The notes beneath the pieces are model-generated. The model searched no databases and was not told the DNA's origin. It saw nothing but the letters and a program-made list of their open reading frames with translations. From NCBI GenBank assembly GCA_964578965.1, contig CAZOFC010000002.1:4572-36571 (forward strand): a stretch of 32,000 nt of DNA, read 5' to 3'. The position numbers were made by a program, and so were the translations under genes. Every line of letters starts with the position of its first letter. The first letter of the stretch is position 1. The stretch is from an uncultured Azospirillum sp. GTDB lineage: Bacteria > Pseudomonadota > Alphaproteobacteria > Rickettsiales > UBA3002. Of the stretch, positions 23,346 to 31,442 are shown piece by piece.

Positions 23346-24215
23346 TTATTTAACCGTTACGCCAAATGGCGCAAATATATCCTTTCCATCAATCCGCACC
23401 TGCGCGAATAGCTTTACGAAACCAGCCGTTTTTGGCTCGATATGAAATTCCAATTTAGGACCACCGCGCTCCGTGTCGCTGGTTGGTTCTTTGCCCATCG
23501 GGTGGATATGCAGGACGGAATTATAATCCTCGGTGAATCCCACAACATGCGCGAATGCACCCATCACCGGCTCTAATTGCGTGAATGGTTTTCCGTCTTT
23601 AGTGACGGTGATATTGCCCATTACTGCTGCGCCAGCCTTTGGTTCGCTATCCAGCGCAAGCGTGAAGGTATAACCATCCACCATGCTGGTCATGGACATG
23701 GTTTTATTGATCGCGGCGTTGTTCTTGGCCACGTTCCCCATATCCGCCATCACATATTCCTGCTTGCCGGTGGCAACCGGAATCATGTCCGCCCATACGC
23801 GGTAGCTGTCATTTTTCTTTGGCGTGAAATCAAACACGAATTCACCCGCATTCTTGCCAGCGACAGGGTGAATATGGTGATAATCAGTGAGTGACGGGTC
23901 AACGATCAGCAAATGCAGCTTTTTGGTGTGCGCTTCTTTAAGGTCATCAAAAGAGATAGGCTTGCCATCTGCCGTAGCATTCAGCTTCACTACCACTTGT
24001 GTGATCTTACCCGCTTGCAGTGGTGTTACAGGCTCCAAAGCAAGTTTTACGGTATTTTTAGCCGCCATTTCATCATGTGCGCCGCCATGCCCCATAGCTT
24101 CATGGGAAGTAGCAGTTGGCTGGGCTTGATCGTGACCGCTATGATCGCCAGCAGCATAGGCAATAGTACCGGTGGTTAAAATGGTGCTGATAAATAATGC
24201 GTGAAATAGTTTCAT
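23346..24215 (-). CDS. Secreted protein with a His-rich N-terminus and two tandem ~110-aa beta-type domains, each carrying an HIHP motif; function unknown
   Basis: Signal peptide MKLFHALFISTILTTGTIAYA. His-rich stretch GDHSGHDQ...HEAMGHGGAHDE. Internal repeat: ..DGKPISF..L...H.KKLHLLIVDPSLTDYHHIHPV versus ..DGKPFTQLEPVMGAFAHVVGFTEDYNSVLHIHPM. Confidence 0.6.
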   Translation of the reverse strand: MKLFHALFISTILTTGTIAYAAGDHSGHDQAQPTATSHEAMGHGGAHDEMAAKNTVKLALEPVTPLQAGKITQVVVKLNATADGKPISFDDLKEAHTKKLHLLIVDPSLTDYHHIHPVAGKNAGEFVFDFTPKKNDSYRVWADMIPVATGKQEYVMADMGNVAKNNAAINKTMSMTSMVDGYTFTLALDSEPKAGAAVMGNITVTKDGKPFTQLEPVMGAFAHVVGFTEDYNSVLHIHPMGKEPTSDTERGGPKLEFHIEPKTAGFVKLFAQVRIDGKDIFAPFGVTVK

Positions 24216-24227
24216 GATGTTACCTTC

Positions 24228-24674
24228 TTATTTTACGTTAGATTCAACAAGTTTCAGCGCACCTTCTGCTTTTTTGAATTCGGCTTTGGTTTGCTCTGCA
24301 TCTTTGGCATCGGCAGCACTGTGTACCTTGCCCAGTTGGGTACTCAGTTGTTTAAGCGAAGCCTCAAGGCGGGTTTTCTTATCGCCTTCCAATGCAGACT
24401 TTTCTTTCAGCGCTTTAATGCTGGCTTCGATCTTTTCAATTTCATCGTGCATGGCATCGTGCTTATTTTCGCTAATTTGCGTGCCGATAGTTTTCATGCC
24501 AGCCTGAATTTCTGTCAGCGCACCCTGTGCATCCGCTGCGACAGAAACAGTTTTTGGAGCAGCGGCATGGGCTTCTGTATGTTGCCCTTCATGTTTTTCA
24601 TCGCCATGCGCCAGTGCCGGTTGCTGTAAGCCAGACAAGGCCAGTATCGCGGTAGTAAGCAGTATTTTCTTCAT
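24228..24674 (-). CDS. Secreted all-helical His-rich small protein, function unknown
   Basis: Signal peptide ...QQPALA|HGDEKHEGQHTEAH, then Lys/Glu/Ala-rich predicted helices. It is 15 nt downstream of the RND gene and 12 nt upstream of the next gene, so it is probably co-transcribed. Confidence 0.55.
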   Translation of the reverse strand: MKKILLTTAILALSGLQQPALAHGDEKHEGQHTEAHAAAPKTVSVAADAQGALTEIQAGMKTIGTQISENKHDAMHDEIEKIEASIKALKEKSALEGDKKTRLEASLKQLSTQLGKVHSAADAKDAEQTKAEFKKAEGALKLVESNVK

Positions 24675-24689
24675 ATCATTCTCCTTTGG

Positions 24690-27600
24690 TTAATGAGTAA
24701 TTGCCGCTGGCAGTAAAGCCGCGACGGGTTTTTTGCCGAATTTCCAGAACACCAGCGGGCGCACGGTAAGGTCGAGCAGCGTGCTGGAAAACAATCCGCA
24801 GAAAATCACCACCGCTACGGGGTGCAGGATTTCGCGTCCCGGCTCGTCGGCAGCGATAACCAGCGGAATCAGGGCAAGCGAAGCAGTAAGCGCGGTCATC
24901 AAAACAGGAATAATTCGCTCGGATGTGCCGCGATAAATCATGCCAAGGTCAAAGCGTTCGCCTTCATGCTCCATAAGATGCAGGTAATGCGCGATCATCA
25001 TGATGCCATTACGGGCAGCGATGCCGGTGAGCGTGACAAAACCCACCATTGTTGCAATCGAGAATACGCCGCCGGAGAGCCACACGCCGATCACTGCGCC
25101 GATAAAGGCCAACGGAATAGATACCATCACCTGAAGTGCAAGGTTGGCACTCTTGAAATGCACGAACAGCACCATGAACATGCCAGCCAGCGAGAATAGG
25201 CTTAATATGGCAATCAAGCGCGAGGCGGTGGCTTGGCTCTCAAATTGTCCGCCGTAAGTGACGTAATAGCCCTGTGGCAACTGCACCTTGCTATCAATCG
25301 TCGCTTGTACTTTCTTCACCACACCCACCAGATCGCGCTCGGCCACGTTTGCCTGAATCACAATGCGCCGCTGGGCGTTTTCGCGGTTAATGATGTTTGG
25401 TCCTTTGGCATCCTGCACAGTGGCAATGGCTTGCAGGGGAACGACATTACCATCTTTGGTATCCACAGGAATTTGCTTGATCGCTTCAATGTCGCTCCGC
25501 GCTGCATCAGATAGGCGCATGACAATATCGTAGGTGCGCTGGCCATCCAGCACTTGCCCCACGGCTTTACCTTGCATGGCAAGTTCGGCATATTCCGCAG
25601 CTTCGCCCGAAAGAAGTCCGTAGGTGGCAGCTTTCTCACGATCAAACAGCACATGCACCTGTGGAATAAGCACCTGCTTTTCTACTGACAGATCCACCAC
25701 GCCTTCTACTTCACTCATGGCTATGCGGATTTCTTCGGCTTTAGCACGAAGCACGTCCAGATCAGTACCAAACAGCTTGATGGCAATTTGCGCCCGTACA
25801 CCGCTCATCATGTGGTCAATGCGGTGCGAAATAGGCTGGCCGATATTGATGGCAATGCCGGGGATTTCATCCAAACGGGTGCGAATATCCGCCAGAATCA
25901 CGGCGCGGGAACGCTTCGATTCTTTCAGCTCCACTTCAATTTCACTGGAATGCACGCCTTCTGCGTGGTCATCACGCTCGGCGCGGCCTGTGCGTCTTCC
26001 GGTTTCGGTGGCTTCCGGCACTTGGCGAATCAGGTTTTCGGCAATCGTGCCGATACGGTTGGATTCAGCAAGGCTGGTTCCGGGCGGGGTCAGGATGTTA
26101 ATCGTCACCGAGCCTTCATTGAACTGGGGTAGGAATTCTTTGCCGAAGAACGGCACCATTGCCAGCACCGTGAAAGTCAGCAACGCAACTGCTGTTAGTA
26201 CGGATTTGCTGTGTGGAAACGCAAAATTCAGCACGCTGGTTTGAATACCTTTGATCTTGCGTAGCAGCCAGCTGTCATGCTCTGCACTCATGCGCTTCAT
26301 GTTCGGCAACAGGTAAGAGCAAAGGGCTGGGGTCAGCGTGAGCGATACAAATAGCGAAGCGATGATTGAGGTGATGTAAGCAATGCCAAGTGGCAGGAAG
26401 ATTTTGCCCTCAATGCCGCCCATTGCAAAGAGCGGAATGAACACCAGAACGACAATAATCGTGGCGAACACGATAGAGTTTCGCACCTCGCTGGATGCTT
26501 CGTAAATCACCTGTAGCGGATTGCGCGGCTTTTCTGCGTGGCGGTTTTCACGCAAGCGGCGGAACACATTCTCCACATCCACAATCGCATCGTCCACCAA
26601 TTCACCAATCGCCACTGCCAAGCCGCCTAGCGTCATCGTGTTGATACTCATGCCAAACATTTTGAACACAATCGCTGTTAGCACGAACGAAAGAGGGATG
26701 GCGGTGAGCGTGATGAAGGTGGTGCGAAAATTAAGCAGGAATAAAAACAGCACGATGGCAACCAGAATCGCCCCGTCGCGCAAGGCTTCTTCTACGTTCT
26801 TGATAGCACGTTCGATGAAACTGCCTTGTTTGAAAATATCGCCGTGGATTTTTACGCCTTCGGGCAGATTTTTTTGAATGCTGGCAAGCTCGGCTTCAAT
26901 CGCCTTGGTGAGCTTGATGGTATCTGCTCCGGGCTGTTTCTGCACAGACAAGATCACCGCAGGGCTACCATTGACGCTGGCATCACCACGCTTTGCCAGA
27001 GGGCCACCCAGCTTAATATCCGCCACCTGATCGAGCGTCAGCGGGGTTGGGCTTCCATTATCCTTCGGTAAGGGTGACTTTGCCAAGTCATCCAGTGTTT
27101 TTATTCTGGCGATATTGCGGATTAAGCCTTCCTGATAATCGGAAAGTAAAAATCCGCCAGTGGCGTTAATGTTAGAACCGGCAATGGTGACTTCCACGTC
27201 ATGCAGTGTTACGCCGTAATTCTTGAGTTTTAGCGGGTCAACCAACACCTGATATTGTTTGAGGTCACCACCAATCACCGACACCTGTGAAATGCCCGAA
27301 ATAGAGAGCAAGCGATTGCGTATGTCCCATTCAGCAATAGTGCGTAAATCCATATTGTTCGTTTCAGGGTTTTCCGAGGTTAACCCCACCAGCATGATTT
27401 CACCCATGATGGAAGAAATCGGCCCCATAACAGGGCGTGCGTCCTGCGGTAGGGTTTCCTGCGCCTGTTGCAGTTTTTCTGCGACAATCTGGCGGGCGGT
27501 GTAAATATCCGTATCCCAGCCGAACTCCACCCATACAATCGAAAGCCCGATAGCAGAAGCCGAGCGCACACGCTCCACGCCTGTAGAGCCGTTTACCGCT

Positions 27601-27812
27601 GTTTCAATAGGCCATGTTACCAGTGCTTCCACTTCCTCCGGCGCAAGCCCTTCGGCTTCGGTGAAGATGGTCACGGTGGGGCGGTTTAAGTCAGGAAAAA
27701 CATCCACGGGCAATTTGCTGATGACGAATACGCCATACACCAGCAGCATGGCCGAGGCCGCTACAACCAGTAACCTGTTTTTCAGTGAGAATTGGATGAT
27801 CGCGTTGAGCAT
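24690..27812 (-). CDS. Heavy-metal-efflux RND permease (CzcA/CusA superfamily, HME-RND)
   Basis: 1040 aa. N-terminus MLNAIIQFSLKNRLLVVA...LPVDVFPDLNRPTVTI and the TM4 acid ladder AIGELVDDAIVDVENVF are typical of HME-RND pumps. Confidence 0.95.
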   Translation of the reverse strand: MLNAIIQFSLKNRLLVVAASAMLLVYGVFVISKLPVDVFPDLNRPTVTIFTEAEGLAPEEVEALVTWPIETAVNGSTGVERVRSASAIGLSIVWVEFGWDTDIYTARQIVAEKLQQAQETLPQDARPVMGPISSIMGEIMLVGLTSENPETNNMDLRTIAEWDIRNRLLSISGISQVSVIGGDLKQYQVLVDPLKLKNYGVTLHDVEVTIAGSNINATGGFLLSDYQEGLIRNIARIKTLDDLAKSPLPKDNGSPTPLTLDQVADIKLGGPLAKRGDASVNGSPAVILSVQKQPGADTIKLTKAIEAELASIQKNLPEGVKIHGDIFKQGSFIERAIKNVEEALRDGAILVAIVLFLFLLNFRTTFITLTAIPLSFVLTAIVFKMFGMSINTMTLGGLAVAIGELVDDAIVDVENVFRRLRENRHAEKPRNPLQVIYEASSEVRNSIVFATIIVVLVFIPLFAMGGIEGKIFLPLGIAYITSIIASLFVSLTLTPALCSYLLPNMKRMSAEHDSWLLRKIKGIQTSVLNFAFPHSKSVLTAVALLTFTVLAMVPFFGKEFLPQFNEGSVTINILTPPGTSLAESNRIGTIAENLIRQVPEATETGRRTGRAERDDHAEGVHSSEIEVELKESKRSRAVILADIRTRLDEIPGIAINIGQPISHRIDHMMSGVRAQIAIKLFGTDLDVLRAKAEEIRIAMSEVEGVVDLSVEKQVLIPQVHVLFDREKAATYGLLSGEAAEYAELAMQGKAVGQVLDGQRTYDIVMRLSDAARSDIEAIKQIPVDTKDGNVVPLQAIATVQDAKGPNIINRENAQRRIVIQANVAERDLVGVVKKVQATIDSKVQLPQGYYVTYGGQFESQATASRLIAILSLFSLAGMFMVLFVHFKSANLALQVMVSIPLAFIGAVIGVWLSGGVFSIATMVGFVTLTGIAARNGIMMIAHYLHLMEHEGERFDLGMIYRGTSERIIPVLMTALTASLALIPLVIAADEPGREILHPVAVVIFCGLFSSTLLDLTVRPLVFWKFGKKPVAALLPAAITH

Positions 27813-27815
27813 GGC

Positions 27816-28782
27816 TTATTCCTTATGCTCGTCTTTATGTTCATCTTTTTTAGGCTCGGCAGACTTAGCGAATTGCAGTTGGTAATTCCCCACGGTCACC
27901 ACTTCTTCATCAGGGAACACGCCTTCCAGCACCTCGCGGTCACCGCCAAACTTTGCACCCAGCTTTACGCTGCGCCGCTCGAAATCATTGCCGCTGCGGA
28001 CAAATACGAATTGTTCTCCGCTTTCACCTAAAATTGCTTTCACTGGCACGGCTAGAATATCAGCGGGTGTAGTGATTTCAATCGACAGTACCACCTGCAT
28101 ATTCGCCAATAATTTACGGTCAGGATTACCCACCAGCGCATAGACATTGAAGGTACGGCTTCCACGATCATACGCGCCATCCATGCGTTGTACTTTGCCA
28201 AGCAAGGAATCGCCTCCGAGCAAGCTGCTGGTGACGCGCACATTTTGCCCCCACCTGAATCTTGGTAACATCCGGCGTTTCATACATCACGCCGCGCACC
28301 AGCACTTCACTGGATTCGCCCACTTCCATCAAGGCCGCTTCTGGCGTGACGGATTGACCCAGCACTACGCTTTGCTTGGTGACGTAACCTGTGATTGGGG
28401 ACGGAATCGAAACCGGCGAGCTGCCCACAAAAATAGGCTGAATGGTGAGCAAGCTCTGGCCTTTATTCACTTTCTCTCCCACCTTAATGTGAATCTCCGA
28501 TACGCGGCCAGCGGCGCGGGAAGTCACAATGGCTTGGCGTTCCGGTAGGAATTCGACAATCCCATTCACATCCACCGATGTGGCGCGTGGAGCAATCGCT
28601 GCTTTTACTGTCTGGATGCCAAGGTTGTTGATCGCGGTATCGGAAAGCGTCACCGTGCTAACAACGCCCGACCCTCCCTCTGTTCCGGGGGCTTCGGCGT
28701 GATCTTCCCCTTCATGTGCAAATGCCTGATTAAACAGGCCAAGCCCTACGATAAGGATGACTGTGGCTATCGTTTTCTTCAT
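27816..28782 (-). pseudogene. RND periplasmic adaptor (MFP, CzcB/CusB-class) interrupted by a +1 frameshift in a G5 (C5 on +) run at 28248-28252
   Basis: ORFs 28168..28782 and 27816..28283 are two halves of one adaptor. Frame A reads ..DVTKIQVG|AKCARH, and frame B reads ..RFRWG|QNVRVTSSLLGG. Deleting one G gives a continuous ..DVTKIQVGQNVRVTSS.. of about 321 aa. Confidence 0.8.
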
Positions 28783-29996
28783 TTGATTTCCTCTAGTTTT
28801 CCACCTAGTTCCAATTCCAATGCGCCGCGTGCGTTTACCGCCTGTGCCAGCGCATCGAGGGCTTCATTTTCGCTGGTGAGTAATTTCTCGCGCACCTGCC
28901 ATACTTCCAGCGCGTCAGCTTGGCCTTGGCGGAACATGCTGCGGGTGAGTTCGTATGATTTGCGGTATCCGGGTAATATCTCGTCGAAATAGCTGGTAGT
29001 GCGTTCCTGCATGGCGCTGGCGCTTAGTCCCAATTCAGCAATCAGGTCTTTTTGTGGCAGTAGATTGAATAAATCAGTCTCGGCTCTGGCCTGCTTCACT
29101 TCGGATGTTGCTCTCTTACGCTCGGCATCGTTTTGGTTCCATAGCGGAATACGCAAGGCAATGCCAAAACCATAAGCATCTGCACCGCCATCTGCCCCAC
29201 GCGAATAAAGCACACGCGGACCGATTTCTGGCAATACGCCATCCTGCTCTGCGACATTTAGGCGCTGTTCCGCTGCTTTCAGGCGATTTTTAACAACATT
29301 ACGCAGATTGGAACGAGTTTCAGCGAATTTCTGTAATTGCTCCAGGTCTTGCGGCACGGGGTTAAATACAGGGCGCGATAATTCTACTGTCTGGTATGCA
29401 CGGCCAGTTCTACGTCCTAATTCTGTGCGAGTTTGGCGCAATTCGGCTTCAACAGCTCGTGCATCTGCTCGTAATTTGGCTGCATCGGAAGAAAATAAAT
29501 GTGCTGCCGCTGGGCTTGTCTGGCCTTGCCCTGCGGAGGCATTAACCAGTTTTTTCATTTTATCCGCATCATCTGCATAGGTTTCATACAGGCGCTTGCG
29601 TTCCTGAAGCAGCCAGACTTGGGTATAAAGCACGGTCGTTTCATTGATGACTTTTAGAATTTCATATTGCTGCTCGGTTCCAGCAACTTCACTAAGCAAA
29701 TCGGCATATCGTGAGCGAGAGCCTGAAATCTGTGATAGCTTCAAAGGCTGCGTCAGTTCAAAATCCGCCCCCGTACCATCATTACCACGACTGCGGATAA
29801 CATCAGCGTTCAGTTCAGGATTATCGAACTGCTTGGCTTCCGTGGCATCAGCAATTCTATCGTCATAAGCACGTTGCGCTTGGTAAATGCCGGTATTTTT
29901 TTGAAGGCTATCTTTGATAACTTGATCGAGCGAAAGTGTTTCAGCGGAAGCTATAGCCGGAAACCCTGCCAACAAAATTATTAACGCTATTCGCAT
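28779..29996 (-). CDS. Outer-membrane factor, TolC/CzcC family
   Basis: 405 aa. Signal peptide MRIALIILLAGFPAIASA and LSLDQVIKDSL.KN..I..A typical of OMF N-termini. ATGA overlap with the adaptor gene. Confidence 0.9.
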   Translation of the reverse strand: MRIALIILLAGFPAIASAETLSLDQVIKDSLQKNTGIYQAQRAYDDRIADATEAKQFDNPELNADVIRSRGNDGTGADFELTQPLKLSQISGSRSRYADLLSEVAGTEQQYEILKVINETTVLYTQVWLLQERKRLYETYADDADKMKKLVNASAGQGQTSPAAAHLFSSDAAKLRADARAVEAELRQTRTELGRRTGRAYQTVELSRPVFNPVPQDLEQLQKFAETRSNLRNVVKNRLKAAEQRLNVAEQDGVLPEIGPRVLYSRGADGGADAYGFGIALRIPLWNQNDAERKRATSEVKQARAETDLFNLLPQKDLIAELGLSASAMQERTTSYFDEILPGYRKSYELTRSMFRQGQADALEVWQVREKLLTSENEALDALAQAVNARGALELELGGKLEEIK

Positions 29997-30022
29997 GAGA
30001 ATCTCCTGAACTATTCAGGGAG

Positions 30023-30048
30023 TAATACGAATCCCTAAAGTCTATCCC
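30023..30048 (-). promoter_or_regulatory. Candidate ECF-sigma-dependent promoter in front of the OMF-MFP-RND genes (GGGATA-N13-CGTATTA)
   Basis: The minus strand reads GAGGGATAgactttagggattCGTATTActccc, ending 26 nt upstream of the OMF ATG. The identical bipartite motif recurs at 31417-31442. Confidence 0.6.
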
Positions 30049-30058
30049 TCAAAAAATA

Positions 30059-30613
30059 TCAGCGTTTTTTGAAGATTTTTTCTTCCAACAGCTTACGGGC
30101 GCGGTAAACACGGGTTTCAACGGTTTTTGCCGTTACACCAAGCAATTCCGCACATTCGTCCTGCGTGCGATCTTCCAGCGCAAAAAGTATTAACGCAGTC
30201 TTAAGTTTATGCGGCAGGGATTCGAGGGACTGGTTAATATGCCGAACTGCCTGATTGGACTGCGCGATAGTTTCGGGGTCAGGCGCGGCATCTGTAAAAT
30301 CAAAACCTGAATCTTCATCATCTATTGAAAAGAACTGCGCCAACTTCTTCTTACGACCATGATCGCGGCAGAGATTTAGTGCAATCTGGAAAAGCCACGT
30401 CGAGAATTTATATTCAGGCTTGTAGGTGATGGCAGAGAAATAGAGCTTTGTGAAAGTTTCCTGCACCAAATCATAGGCCACGTCTTCATCGCCAACATAA
30501 CGGCGTATAAACGCAAAAAGGCGGTGCTTATACCGCGCCATCAGCTCATTGAGTGCGGGATTCTCTCCGCCCTTCAATTTCTCAATTAGTTCCTGATCTG
30601 TGCATTCCTTCAT
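30059..30613 (-). CDS. ECF-type RNA polymerase sigma factor (CnrH-like by context)
   Basis: 184 aa. Region 2 (YDLVQETFTKLY, FSTWLFQIALNLCRDHGRK) and region 4 (ALEDRTQDECAELLGVTAKTVETRVYRARKLL). Confidence 0.9.
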   Translation of the reverse strand: MKECTDQELIEKLKGGENPALNELMARYKHRLFAFIRRYVGDEDVAYDLVQETFTKLYFSAITYKPEYKFSTWLFQIALNLCRDHGRKKKLAQFFSIDDEDSGFDFTDAAPDPETIAQSNQAVRHINQSLESLPHKLKTALILFALEDRTQDECAELLGVTAKTVETRVYRARKLLEEKIFKKR

Positions 30614-30624
30614 GCCGCCGCGCT

Positions 30625-31062
30625 TTATGGGTTATGAGTGAGCGCGTCAGTCGTAAGGCTATTCAACTTCTTTCGCTGTTCTGGTGTCAGCACACTGTGC
30701 ATTTCAAACAAATGCTCAAGCGTCACTTTTTGTAGTTCACCCATTGCAGTATGGATTTTATCAACTGCTTGCTGCACGCGAGGAGAGTAGTTACCATCCT
30801 CATTAATGGCTGTAGCCAGTTCACCGTTAGCTTGATGGATTTCTGCCTCCAACGCCTTCTTGCGATCTGCGAATTTGGCCTCAATAGGCTCCAGCTTTGT
30901 GTCTTGCTCTGCGGTGAGGTTTAACTGTTCATGCAGCCATTGATGCGGATCGTGTGTTGTTTCACGATGCCCCATAAACGAATTGCCCACCATCCAGCAC
31001 GCGCTGAAAGCTAAAGCAGCGACGATTAGGCTGAGGCGGAGATCACGGTACAATCGTTTCAT
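30625..31062 (-). CDS. cnrX: Membrane-anchored periplasmic heavy-metal sensor, CnrX-like (Spy/CpxP-fold family)
   Basis: N-terminal TM. HQWLHE, ANGELATAI, SPRV, and GELQKVTLEHLFEMHSVLTPEQR parallel my memory of C. metallidurans CnrX ([42 protein letters not shown]). Confidence 0.8.
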   Translation of the reverse strand: MKRLYRDLRLSLIVAALAFSACWMVGNSFMGHRETTHDPHQWLHEQLNLTAEQDTKLEPIEAKFADRKKALEAEIHQANGELATAINEDGNYSPRVQQAVDKIHTAMGELQKVTLEHLFEMHSVLTPEQRKKLNSLTTDALTHNP

Positions 31063-31391
31063 AAACGCTCATAATTCGGGGTGATGGAAGCCAAAGCAAT
31101 CACCTTCGGCTTAAAAACTTTGAAGTTCAGCATTTCCGCCGCATCTGGCGCGGGGGGATGCATCGTGCCAAAACCCACCATGATACCAAGCACGGCGGCT
31201 GCCATCACAGGTGAAAAACGGTGCTGTGCCGGGAAAATACTGGCAAGCAATCCCTCAAGGAAACCTACCGGCTGCTCAGATTTTTCCGCCACAATCCGCG
31301 CCCAAACATCGCTTTCCAGATGTTTCAGACGGCCATTGATTGGCTCTGAGTTTCTAAGCAATGCCAATACATTATCAATTCTTTTGGTCAT
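31059..31391 (-). CDS. Single-pass membrane protein, putative anti-sigma factor (positional equivalent of CnrY)
   Basis: 110 aa with one TM (FSPVMAAAVLGIMVGFG). ATGA overlap with the sensor gene. First gene behind the upstream copy of the ECF-type promoter. No sequence family recognised. Confidence 0.45.
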   Translation of the reverse strand: MTKRIDNVLALLRNSEPINGRLKHLESDVWARIVAEKSEQPVGFLEGLLASIFPAQHRFSPVMAAAVLGIMVGFGTMHPPAPDAAEMLNFKVFKPKVIALASITPNYERL

Positions 31392-31416
31392 AAATACCTC
31401 GCTCCTATCTATACCC

Positions 31417-31442
31417 TAATACGAACGAGTTATCCATATCCC
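31417..31442 (-). promoter_or_regulatory. Candidate ECF-sigma-dependent promoter in front of the anti-sigma/sensor/sigma genes (GGGATA-N13-CGTATTA)
   Basis: The minus strand reads AAGGGATAtggataactcgttCGTATTAgggta, ending 25 nt upstream of ATG 31391. It has the same hexamer, heptamer and spacing as 30023-30048. Confidence 0.6.

Noticed and set aside
25624-26244. + strand ORFs inside the RND gene (206 aa, 114 aa, 118 aa and others between 24733 and 27885)
   Set aside because: They are antisense to a clearly homologous 1040-aa RND permease. Their translations are Ser/Arg-rich with no domain features.
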